Virus record (IMG/VR): IMGVR_UViG_3300034358_000008
Coordinates: 124,001-188,000 of that record
Direction: 5' to 3' (one strand)
Length of the DNA stretch: 64,000 bases
In this document: one piece after another, positions 17,762 to 26,481 of the stretch
Position numbering within the stretch: position 1 is the stretch's first letter
How the letters are laid out: every line of letters starts with the position of its first letter
Made by a program: the position numbers and the translations under genes
The notes under the pieces: model-generated
Databases searched by the model: none
What the model was told of the DNA's origin: nothing
What the model saw: the letters and a program-made list of their open reading frames with translations, nothing else

Positions 17762-19085
17762 TTATTTCCTTGAGGCTTTAACAGCCGGGATGGGTCGTAA
17801 GCGGATCTGGATGAACAGTTTGGTTAGCGTTGTTTATAACAACGAAGACGTAGCTGACTTCATGTACAAACCTCATTTAAAAGATGGGAAGATGTACTTC
17901 TACAAACCAGACAGCAACGAACCTGTTTACATTGACGATTACGTTGATGGTATTGCACCAATCCACTTCCGTGATGAGTTCATTCTCCAACCGGGTGAGA
18001 TCCTTAACTATAAAGGAACTGAGCCACTTCGTACTTGTTACGGTAACGTATTCTTTAACCATCTCTGTTTGGTTGAACCCTTTGCTGATCTGATTCCTTT
18101 CGCTGCTGGTACTATCGTGCCTTCCAAGTTTGAAGACTTTATCTTGGAGAACATGATTGATGACCGGGAAGATGGCGATGAGTCTGAAATGGCTACAGGT
18201 GGTAAGCTTTACGTTTGGCAGTATCTTAAGTTCTGTGACCACTGTCTGGCAATCCCAGGCTATGCTGACGGACTGGTAACTTCCACTACCCGTAAGTCTT
18301 TGATCTCCAACCCTAAGTGGCCAGCTATCCGTGCTGCTTGGATTGAGAAGAACAAACATCGACTGAATGATCCAGCTGCTGTAGCAGAGCTGTCAGTTAT
18401 TGCTACCAAGTGTGACGATGAACATTTGGATGGTGATGAATCTCAAGTCTTCTATAAAGCTAAGAAGAAGCTCGAAGGTGCACGTCGTAAAGTACACTAC
18501 ATGTTCGGTGGTGAATCTCCTTTCTCTGATGGTACGACTGTTGAGTTTATCTCGAAGTCTCTTGAAGAAGGTATTGATACTGACCACATGTCGGTAATGA
18601 ACAACTCCCTACGATTCGGTTCTTATAACCGTGGAGCACAGACTGCTCTGGGTGGTGAGTCTACTAAGACGATTTATCGAATGGTAGGTACTGCACGAAT
18701 CATCGAACATGACTGCAAGACATGGTTGGGTGTTCCGACTATGATCTCCGACTACAACTACGAAGACCTTTATGGTTACTCGTATATCGAAGACGGTGAA
18801 TCCATTTTGATCACTAAAGAGAATGCTCCAGGCCTACGTGGTCAACGCATTGCTATTCGTGGTCCGATGGTGTGTAAGGCTGGTCGTGATATCGAGAAAG
18901 GTACGATCGGTAAAGGTAAGAACATCTGTGCTGTGTGTGCGGGTACTGCATTGGCAGAGAACCCTAACGGTATTCCAGCTGCTACTGCTGGTGTAGGTGG
19001 TCGATTCCTGATGGTGTTCATGTCGAAGATGCACAGCTCGACACTCCGTACGGTTAAGTGGGATATGCACGCCCGCATTACCTAA
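17748..19085 (+). CDS. rpoC: Virion RNA polymerase beta' subunit fragment (phiKZ gp80-like)
   Basis: SLEEG...RFGSYNRGAQTALGGESTK...IIEHDC aligns with the beta' bridge helix; RGPMVC...ICAVCAG zinc site; trigger-loop-like FMSKMHS. Confidence 0.9.
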   Translation: MKLRDYFLEALTAGMGRKRIWMNSLVSVVYNNEDVADFMYKPHLKDGKMYFYKPDSNEPVYIDDYVDGIAPIHFRDEFILQPGEILNYKGTEPLRTCYGNVFFNHLCLVEPFADLIPFAAGTIVPSKFEDFILENMIDDREDGDESEMATGGKLYVWQYLKFCDHCLAIPGYADGLVTSTTRKSLISNPKWPAIRAAWIEKNKHRLNDPAAVAELSVIATKCDDEHLDGDESQVFYKAKKKLEGARRKVHYMFGGESPFSDGTTVEFISKSLEEGIDTDHMSVMNNSLRFGSYNRGAQTALGGESTKTIYRMVGTARIIEHDCKTWLGVPTMISDYNYEDLYGYSYIEDGESILITKENAPGLRGQRIAIRGPMVCKAGRDIEKGTIGKGKNICAVCAGTALAENPNGIPAATAGVGGRFLMVFMSKMHSSTLRTVKWDMHARIT

Positions 19086-19144
19086 CATCTTATGAAACGG
19101 GGATTGCTTGCAGTCCCCCACAATTCCAAACAAGGTTAATCACA

Positions 19145-20515
19145 ATGGCTAAGAACAAATTCTCTAACTTCGCTCAGCTGGCTTCTGTTACAACCCCAAC
19201 TAAAGCTGCCGATCTGGAAACTCCAGTCACTCCAACAGAAACCATTCAACAAATCGACAGCGTAACTACTGATGGCGATGCTATCATTGTAAATACCGTT
19301 GATACCCAAGGCGAAGACCTCGGTGATGTTAGTGTACCTGCTACCGAAGCACGTGGTGCCACCGTTCCAATCGTTCAAGTCGATGAGCTGGGTTATCTCG
19401 CTACTACTCCAAGTGAAGAACTGTCTCCTTTCGAAGAGTCGGTAGAAGACGAACGTGCACACGAAGACTCCGCTCCGGGTCTTAATGACGAAACTGAAGA
19501 AGAGCCAGACGGCACAGCTATTACGGATGAGAGTACCCTCACTCCATTTGTACCGCCACCTCTTACTCTGAATGATCGTGATGTTCAGACTTGGACTACC
19601 GATGAACTGGAAGCTTACATCACTGGTAACGTAACCGAAGATGTTTACTTCTCCACCGTTAAGTCGGCAATCAATGAGCATCGCATTCGTGTAGACCGCT
19701 TGTCCAACGCATGGACCATCGAAGAGTGCAAGGCCTTTCTGGAATCGGGTATTGTACCTGCCAAAACGTCCAAAGGTGCTTGGGTCAAAGACGAAACTCG
19801 TAAGCATCGTCGCGAGCATGAATGGTCTACTCAAGAACTGGAAAGCTGGGCACTGGGCGAGATCCAGCCTGAGGGTGTAACTCTGCCTGCTGGTCTGGCA
19901 TTGGAACTCAAGGATCGCCTTGCTCTGAACGTACCGTCCCAAGACGTACAGGCTATTCTGACTAACTACAAACATCGTACTGGTCAAGTAAATAAGCCAA
20001 CTGCAAATCCAGCTCCTACAGCTGTAGCTGCATTCGTAACTGAATCCCAAAAGGCTTCGGTTGCAAAACAAATTACCTATGAAGGTCTGACCGAAATGAA
20101 TCAATCTTACATCGAAAGTTCGCTGGCTGCTTTTGCTGCTGCAATGAAACCGGGTAAAGCTGTCTCTCCTGCCTTTGGTGGTGAAGCTCAGAAACTCCTG
20201 ATGCAAATCATCAACTATGCTATCCGTCTGGAAGACCCAGCTGCTAGCCGTAGTGCAATGAATCTGCTGCTCGACTACTTCCGTGCTAACCGTAGTCATG
20301 GTCAGTTGTTCGAAGACACCTACGCATTCCGCTTCATCGAAGACATGCGTGCTACCGCTAAAGAACAAGAGTCTCATGCTGCTCTGTTGACCCTGTTCCT
20401 CGTATACGCTGACCCACTGACTGAGCTGCGTGCACAAACTGATACTGGTTCCCTGATCAAAGGTGTACCTACTCAGTACCAATCGCGTCTGTTTGAATTC
20501 TTCAGCAAGTTGTAA
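19145..20515 (+). CDS. Conserved protein (phiKZ gp81 position) with acidic disordered N-terminus and three W[ST]xxE repeats
   Basis: ATG at 19145 after AAGG; in frame with ORF-track 19058..20515. Confidence 0.7.
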   Translation: MAKNKFSNFAQLASVTTPTKAADLETPVTPTETIQQIDSVTTDGDAIIVNTVDTQGEDLGDVSVPATEARGATVPIVQVDELGYLATTPSEELSPFEESVEDERAHEDSAPGLNDETEEEPDGTAITDESTLTPFVPPPLTLNDRDVQTWTTDELEAYITGNVTEDVYFSTVKSAINEHRIRVDRLSNAWTIEECKAFLESGIVPAKTSKGAWVKDETRKHRREHEWSTQELESWALGEIQPEGVTLPAGLALELKDRLALNVPSQDVQAILTNYKHRTGQVNKPTANPAPTAVAAFVTESQKASVAKQITYEGLTEMNQSYIESSLAAFAAAMKPGKAVSPAFGGEAQKLLMQIINYAIRLEDPAASRSAMNLLLDYFRANRSHGQLFEDTYAFRFIEDMRATAKEQESHAALLTLFLVYADPLTELRAQTDTGSLIKGVPTQYQSRLFEFFSKL

Positions 20516-20522
20516 TACCCGT

Positions 20523-20556
20523 CATAAGACCCCGGCCTAACGGCTGGGGCTTTATG
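20523..20556. repeat. CATA-hairpin-TATG intergenic element; 27-nt exact inverted copy at 63918-63944
   Basis: 20530-20556 CCCCGGCCTAACGGCTGGGGCTTTATG is the reverse complement of 63918-63944. Confidence 0.8.
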
Positions 20557-20559
20557 CTG

Positions 20560-21258
20560 TTATACACGGTCTGCAATGTTCGTACTAGGATAAGCTCGAC
20601 CATTACCCCACATAATGCGGATACATCCATCGCCACCTTTACCTGATAGGCGGTTACCACTGGAACGTAGTTGGGCACCACCACCACCACCGTAGTTAGC
20701 ACCAACGATCGTGCTACTTGTAACACGTACGCCTAATGGAGAACACCCTCCGCCTAGGATACCACTACCGGAGCCACCGAATGTACCTGAGTCGCCACCT
20801 TTCACATCCCCGGACGAACCGCCACCTGAAGCACCGTTAGCACTGTTACTACCGCCTACGACACTATCAATAGTTGTAGACTCTGCGGCCTGCACACCAG
20901 CAATGACGCCAAACGCACTTGAGGCATAATCGGTTTGGTATGTACCAGCTGTACCCATTGGTAGAGATTGTGCAACACCACCACTCCCTATCACTAATGT
21001 ATATTTATCACCTGGAGTTACCGGAATATCATTCTTCCAACGTACACATCCGCCCCTACCGGCATCTGCCGCCGCAGCGGATTGAACTCGACCCCGCAAA
21101 CCAGCTGAGATAACGGCTACACTAATAGAGGTAACACCGACGGGAACAGTCCATTCGATTGTACCGGGAGTACTGAGTACATCTTGGCCACCTTTAACCA
21201 TTGGATCTGGTGGACCACTACTGGTGAAGCCAGCCCATGCTAGATACTGTTCAATCAT
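20560..21258 (-). CDS. Glycine-rich virion/tail appendage protein
   Basis: WTVPVGVTSISVAVI...VTPGDKYTLVIGSGG...YGGGGG...GGDGCIRIMW is a typical phage Gly-rich domain. Confidence 0.7.
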   Translation of the reverse strand: MIEQYLAWAGFTSSGPPDPMVKGGQDVLSTPGTIEWTVPVGVTSISVAVISAGLRGRVQSAAAADAGRGGCVRWKNDIPVTPGDKYTLVIGSGGVAQSLPMGTAGTYQTDYASSAFGVIAGVQAAESTTIDSVVGGSNSANGASGGGSSGDVKGGDSGTFGGSGSGILGGGCSPLGVRVTSSTIVGANYGGGGGAQLRSSGNRLSGKGGDGCIRIMWGNGRAYPSTNIADRV

Positions 21259-21924
21259 TTAAACCTCCTCAATAATCGGTCGCCATCCAGCGTAGTTAGC
21301 TGTAGTGTTATTGGGCACATACCAACCAGCAGTCAGCTGGTGCGCTTTATCTTGGTCGTTATAGCACCGTACCATGTGATGTGTTGCAGGTGTGTAGCTA
21401 TCCTGAACCCAAGACATTGTACCATTGCCATTCGATACAGCTGTATAGGTAGTCTCAAGCCCTAGGTCGACATCGAGATAAGCGGCTAATCTAGGATACG
21501 CCATGACGTAAGGGTGGTCTTTAGACACGCCATTATAGATCGGATAAACCAGATCGTTAAAGGAACCACCAGTAGAGATCGTGTACTGCGATGTGACAGG
21601 TGGGATATAACCTGTAGGAAGCCTCACCGTGTGAGCTTTACCATTGATCATGAACTGTTGATTACCGAAAACCAAACCTAGCGCATTCAATGCTTCCCAT
21701 GTCATCCCATGACGGAGAACTTTCTTAGCCAGGTAAACGGTCTTACCCAAATATGTATACTTAAGCCAGTTTACCGAAGCGTTGGTAACTGTACCTGTAG
21801 ACCCCATACCTACCAGAGTCGTAAGTGCTGCGGCTGTAATGAAATCTGCCCCAGCTACTTCTCCTAGGAAAACCGTACCTGGCTTCTTAGGCGGCAGGCT
21901 CAGCATGAATTCTAACATAGTCAA
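21259..21924 (-). CDS. Virion structural protein of a phiKZ-like paralog family
   Basis: FLGEV...DFIT...WLKY...K.LR...W...GWRPIIE pattern recalled from phiKZ-like virion paralogs. Confidence 0.6.
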   Translation of the reverse strand: MTMLEFMLSLPPKKPGTVFLGEVAGADFITAAALTTLVGMGSTGTVTNASVNWLKYTYLGKTVYLAKKVLRHGMTWEALNALGLVFGNQQFMINGKAHTVRLPTGYIPPVTSQYTISTGGSFNDLVYPIYNGVSKDHPYVMAYPRLAAYLDVDLGLETTYTAVSNGNGTMSWVQDSYTPATHHMVRCYNDQDKAHQLTAGWYVPNNTTANYAGWRPIIEEV

Positions 21925-21986
21925 TACCTATTGATGTTTAATAACTATAAGATTAGCGACATAAAGCTACCCCGAAGGGTAGCCTA

Positions 21987-22511
21987 TTATGCCTTAACGA
22001 TTGTAAAGCGTGCATCGTAGGGAGGTAATACAATGACCTCTTTCTCCGATTTAGCTTCTTTACGTCTTGCAGTTGCAATCAACAGGTTGAGTTCGTCTGT
22101 AATCCAAATGTAAGCGTCTGGTGTGTTGTGTAGCTGCACTACAGTTGATCCATAAGCCTCAGCCATGGATTGATCAGTTGTGAAGCTTAGAGGGCGTTCC
22201 AGAGCGTATTCATAAGACTCACCGATGTGGTGTGGTTTTACTTTAGCTCCCAACCAATCGCGTTTCATCAGCCCCATCGTGTCTTGGTAAGCAGACGTAG
22301 GATAGAATCCACGGAATAGATTAGTTCCCTCAGGTAGTGGCTTAATAGCTTTAAGCTGTTCAGCGATGTCCTTCAACTCAGTGTACATATGCATGTCCGG
22401 TAGTTCAACCCATCGGACCAGTAACTTGATTGCATCAGGCATAGCCATGTAAGCGACTGTTACCTTATCATCCAGTTTCTTTACATCGAACGTCTTTGCT
22501 TCTTCGTTCAT
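21987..22511 (-). CDS. ADP-ribosyltransferase, R-S-E (ARTC) clade
   Basis: LFRG, SFTT...AEAYG and EKEVIVLP in the expected order; 4-nt ATGA overlap with the upstream NADAR-like ORF. Confidence 0.75.
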   Translation of the reverse strand: MNEEAKTFDVKKLDDKVTVAYMAMPDAIKLLVRWVELPDMHMYTELKDIAEQLKAIKPLPEGTNLFRGFYPTSAYQDTMGLMKRDWLGAKVKPHHIGESYEYALERPLSFTTDQSMAEAYGSTVVQLHNTPDAYIWITDELNLLIATARRKEAKSEKEVIVLPPYDARFTIVKA

Positions 22512-22882
22512 TGGTAACTCTCATTCAACAATTCACATAAAGCTCGTGCTTGGGAGATATCGGTATTAGCGAAACAATCGCTTAACCACAGATCATTAGC
22601 TTGAGCGCCTACAGCTAGTTCTCGCATGAGTTCAGGGTTTGCCTTAGCCCATACTCGCCAAAGATCTTTATAAGCTTCCCAGAGGTCTATGGACGTATCT
22701 AAAGGAGGTTTACCTTTGCCGTCACGCCAGTTACTACCACCTGGATTGTAACCTTTAACATCGCACTGATAATGACACTCAATAGTCCGCCCATCCGGCA
22801 TATAAGCAAAGAGTGCACTGTAACGTTTATCGCCAACGGAGGAACATTCGTATCCTCCGCGACGCTTCCACCGGTATGTTAC
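22508..22882 (-). CDS. NADAR-like protein (putative ADP-ribosylhydrolase); no canonical start codon for the full-length frame
   Basis: Frame extends 27 codons upstream of the 22801 ATG (VTYRWKRRGGYECSSVGDKRYSALFAY-MPDGRTIECHYQCDVK); E-x-SS...SA...[TS][IV]E-xx-[YF]Q...K resembles DarT1-associated NADAR. Confidence 0.6.
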   Translation of the reverse strand, partial: VTYRWKRRGGYECSSVGDKRYSALFAYMPDGRTIECHYQCDVKGYNPGGSNWRDGKGKPPLDTSIDLWEAYKDLWRVWAKANPELMRELAVGAQANDLWLSDCFANTDISQARALCELLNESYQ

Positions 22883-24984
22883 TTTGGGACTTCAGTTTCT
22901 TTGCTGGCCAGATAGGCTGCGAGGATTACATCCAAGCGTGGTGCCTTGAGGATCTTCTGACCAATCTCCAACACGTTAACTCTGCAACCCGTAAGGTTAA
23001 CACCCAGCTCACGTTTATGGTAATCACTAATGCCTTGGATGGCAGCAGTTTCCATAACCGTTGTTTCACGAGCAATGTTCAGAATCTGACTAACGTTAGG
23101 ATAAGTCGATACAATGTCCAAGTCAGCTACGTGTGTCCAGATCAAGCTCCGATAGTCGGGGAAGTCTTTAACACACTTAACGCCATTAGGACCCGCCATA
23201 TAGGAAGGCAGTGTAACGATCCATCCATCGTGACCTACCACGTATTGATCTAAGTCATGAACCATCTGGTCAGAACTAGATCCAATTACGCATGGTTCTG
23301 GTCGAGCCAAATACCAGAAGTGCATATCGTCAACGAGGCGCTTAGGGTTCGAGTTAAAGTTCTTAAAGTCCGAAGACTTAGAGAACAATGTAATCGATGC
23401 ACCCAAGTCACTGATCTTCTCATCAAGTTGTTCCAGTCGGATACTGTCGATGATGTTGTAGATGCCGTAACGAACCTTGTGGTTCTTCTGCATCTCGATG
23501 TGCCATTCGATCCCGAAGAGATGGTCAGTTTCTGCAAACTTCAACTTACCAAAGTTCAGCTTAAAGCTAACCTTGTAACCAGCGAATACGTTTACACCCC
23601 ACTCGAGTTTATCAACCGATTTCCATACAGGCTCACGGTGTTCTACTTGGTAGGAGTGCTCTTCGAATTCGTAGATAGCCGATACGGTATCATCATCATC
23701 GAAGTCTGGTACGGAATCATCATCCGCGTCTTCGTCCAGTTCTTCCTCATCTTCGTCTTCAACCGCAATAGTCTCGGTTACGGTTTCAGTGGTAACGACG
23801 TCTTCGGATGGATTAGATACACTCCAGTAAGGGTGACTACCCGAACGGTCAGCCATAGACTTGTCGGCATTCTTTAGGAATGCTTTCAGATCGTCTTCTG
23901 TCTTGATCTCAGATTCTTCATCAACGCTCAGTTCTTTACGAAGGATTGCATCCAATGCATAACTGGATTCTTTACCTTTAGCCAGACGAGTTACACGATA
24001 CGTCGACATCGAGTCAATGCACTGGAAGCTAGCTGGAGCTGTAATCCAATGCCATTGGTCTTCTGGACCTTTAGACTTAGTCACACCAGAAGCGGTAGTG
24101 TTCATCGCTTGGTCTTGACGATAGTGGAAGTAACGGAACTGCTTAGGTACAGAAGGATCACTGAATACTTCAGCTGGATCAATCCCATAACGCTCCAACG
24201 TAGCCAAGATTTTGGACATGTCGAAGTCGATGTTCCAGAAAGCAAAGAAGTCAGGCTTCCACTCATGCAAACGTTTCATGCACTGAATAACGATATCGGC
24301 AGGAGACTCAACTACTTCGATTTGGATATTCAGGTTACGTGCTTTACGTAAAGTCACCAACTCAGGAATACGTTCGAGTTCATCAAACGTCTCTTGTACT
24401 GGATCTTTCAGGTCTTCTACCCAATGCTTGAGATAAGCAAGGTAAACATTAGACTTGTGTGTAACAGACATACAGATGATCTGACCATCGTTCTCAGATT
24501 CATAAACGTTGGTTTCAATGTCACCGCCTGCTACGGTGTTACGAGAGATCAATCCCGGATAGGTCGTACGGTAGTCGTTCTTCAAGCAACATACAGAACT
24601 AACGTCAGAGCCATAAAGAAATGGACTGCGACTAAGCTGTCGCATTCTAGGATTAGGTCCCATGCTGTAATCTTTCAATGCTTTCGCTACAGCGTATGGC
24701 ATCTTAGACTGAGTCGTCTTGAACTTACGTAACTGACTCAGTGGCATGTAGTCTTTCTTTTCTTTGTACGGTCTTAACCGTTCTTCTTTGTATACGGCTG
24801 GATCGATATAAAAAGAACGTTCGTAGTTAGGAATCATTTTGATTCGACTAATCCTACGCTTATCCTTAAGGTGAACTACTTCCTTAACGACGTGCATGTC
24901 GTTACGACCACCTTTCTCGTTTACAAAGGTAATGTGTTTGGCTTCAATGCCTACCACATCTTCCTTACTGAATTCTTCGCTCAT
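22879..24984 (-). CDS. Split family-B DNA polymerase, 3'-5' exonuclease plus motif A part (phiKZ gp82-like)
   Basis: ExoI DIET, ExoII FWNIDFD, ExoIII YNIIDS, polymerase motif A DIVSTYPN; motifs B and C absent. Confidence 0.85.
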   Translation of the reverse strand: MSEEFSKEDVVGIEAKHITFVNEKGGRNDMHVVKEVVHLKDKRRISRIKMIPNYERSFYIDPAVYKEERLRPYKEKKDYMPLSQLRKFKTTQSKMPYAVAKALKDYSMGPNPRMRQLSRSPFLYGSDVSSVCCLKNDYRTTYPGLISRNTVAGGDIETNVYESENDGQIICMSVTHKSNVYLAYLKHWVEDLKDPVQETFDELERIPELVTLRKARNLNIQIEVVESPADIVIQCMKRLHEWKPDFFAFWNIDFDMSKILATLERYGIDPAEVFSDPSVPKQFRYFHYRQDQAMNTTASGVTKSKGPEDQWHWITAPASFQCIDSMSTYRVTRLAKGKESSYALDAILRKELSVDEESEIKTEDDLKAFLKNADKSMADRSGSHPYWSVSNPSEDVVTTETVTETIAVEDEDEEELDEDADDDSVPDFDDDDTVSAIYEFEEHSYQVEHREPVWKSVDKLEWGVNVFAGYKVSFKLNFGKLKFAETDHLFGIEWHIEMQKNHKVRYGIYNIIDSIRLEQLDEKISDLGASITLFSKSSDFKNFNSNPKRLVDDMHFWYLARPEPCVIGSSSDQMVHDLDQYVVGHDGWIVTLPSYMAGPNGVKCVKDFPDYRSLIWTHVADLDIVSTYPNVSQILNIARETTVMETAAIQGISDYHKRELGVNLTGCRVNVLEIGQKILKAPRLDVILAAYLASKETEVPK

Positions 24985-25201
24985 TGCAGTGCCCCAATGT
25001 GTGTATAGCTGTATAACTTAATACGGTCGAGTTTATTCATCCTGAGAGATGAATGATAAGAGCAATAAGGCTATTAGCTAACGCTAATATTAATTAAAAA
25101 TAAAAAGCCCCCCCTCCGATGCTCTTAGTCTAGTCTACATTAGATAAGACTTCTCAAGTATTTCTTAACACAATCTTTATGATTACAATTGAGGATCTCC
25201 C

Positions 25202-26470
25202 ATGTACAATGAAATTATCTCATTAGAGATGCTAGCCATTGGAGCAAAGACACCACTCGTTAAGTTAGTAGAGTCGTACGTGAAAGATGTTCGTTCACTC
25301 TGGACTACCTATCCTAATAACCAACCCACTACTCTGTATGACGACCTGGGTAAGATCAGCTCTAAGTTCATTAAAGATGTTAAACGTACAGTTGGTGCTA
25401 ACATTACCATTGACATGTACAATATCGATGGACCATCAGCAGGAGTCATGTCTGCAATCTGGTTCAATGGACACTCCGGTTCAAGGTATTACAGTGACCC
25501 AGCCTTAAAGATCGTCTCCGATGATAGCGTATCATTACATCAGGTACTTGAACTAGACCTGAAGAACGTAACGGTCAGAGGTACATTGGCAGATGCTCTT
25601 TCGTTTAAACTGTTCTTTACCGACTACATCTTCTTCAATACCAAATTCCTTACGGATAATGAATTTGTTGCAACACTACTGCATGAATTCGGACACATCT
25701 TCAACACGTTCATGACCCTAGGGGATTACGTTTGGTTGAACTACTATCTGACCGATGGCATAGAGATTCTAATGGGTAAGCGTCCTAACAAATTAAAGTT
25801 AGAGATCTTTAACCAACGATGGATTGATGAGAACGTCCCCGAAGATCTTCGAGAAGCGTTCACTAACGATAGAAACGAAGACAATGCTAAACGCGTTATC
25901 TTCAGTGCTCTTAAGAAAGCCCCACGTCATCACCTTACTAATAACCCTATCATGGCTGTACGTCGTGAAGAGCAGCTTGCTGATATGTTCGCTACTCGCC
26001 TAGGTTATGGTAAGTACATGGTGGATGCTAACTATAAGTACGATCGTCAATACGGTGATCCGCAACTGGTTGGTCGTCGTTGGTATGCAGAAACTGCTAA
26101 AGTTCTGGTAAGTCTGGTACTGTTACCCGTAGCGGCTATCGGGATGATTATGTACGACCCATTGATTCACGATGGACTCGTTGCACGTTATGATGACCCG
26201 ATGACTCGTAACGTCAGAATACGACGTGACCTTGTTGCCCAACTCAAAAATCCTGGACCACTTAACCGTGATGCAATCGTTGCCGATATCGATGCAATTG
26301 ATGCCATCATTAAAGAGTATTCCACAAACGCTTCTGTCATTGACAGCTTCGTAAACTTCTTCAGACCCGACATTCGTAAGCAACGACAGAATACTAAGGT
26401 TGAAGATGATTTAGAATCACTCATGCAAAACGACCTGTTCCTACAGGCTCACAAACTCAGTAAACTCTAA
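25202..26470 (+). CDS. Virion protein with zincin-like metallopeptidase motif (phiKZ gp84-like)
   Basis: LLHEFGH and downstream EEQLADMFA; N-terminal ISLE processing site; SD GAGG. Confidence 0.7.
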   Translation: MYNEIISLEMLAIGAKTPLVKLVESYVKDVRSLWTTYPNNQPTTLYDDLGKISSKFIKDVKRTVGANITIDMYNIDGPSAGVMSAIWFNGHSGSRYYSDPALKIVSDDSVSLHQVLELDLKNVTVRGTLADALSFKLFFTDYIFFNTKFLTDNEFVATLLHEFGHIFNTFMTLGDYVWLNYYLTDGIEILMGKRPNKLKLEIFNQRWIDENVPEDLREAFTNDRNEDNAKRVIFSALKKAPRHHLTNNPIMAVRREEQLADMFATRLGYGKYMVDANYKYDRQYGDPQLVGRRWYAETAKVLVSLVLLPVAAIGMIMYDPLIHDGLVARYDDPMTRNVRIRRDLVAQLKNPGPLNRDAIVADIDAIDAIIKEYSTNASVIDSFVNFFRPDIRKQRQNTKVEDDLESLMQNDLFLQAHKLSKL

Positions 26471-26481
26471 GGTACCTTACC

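Noticed and set aside
22826-22860. GGAGGA SD plus ATG inside the NADAR-like frame as its start
   Set aside because: That ATG is out of frame, gives only MFLRWR-stop, and is buried in a hairpin
22813-23253. Plus-strand ORFs across the polymerase gene
   Set aside because: Antisense shadows with no SD or motifs that I could see
23551-23928. Possible intein in the polymerase
   Set aside because: No C-terminal His-Asn followed by Cys/Ser/Thr, and no HINT or LAGLIDADG blocks
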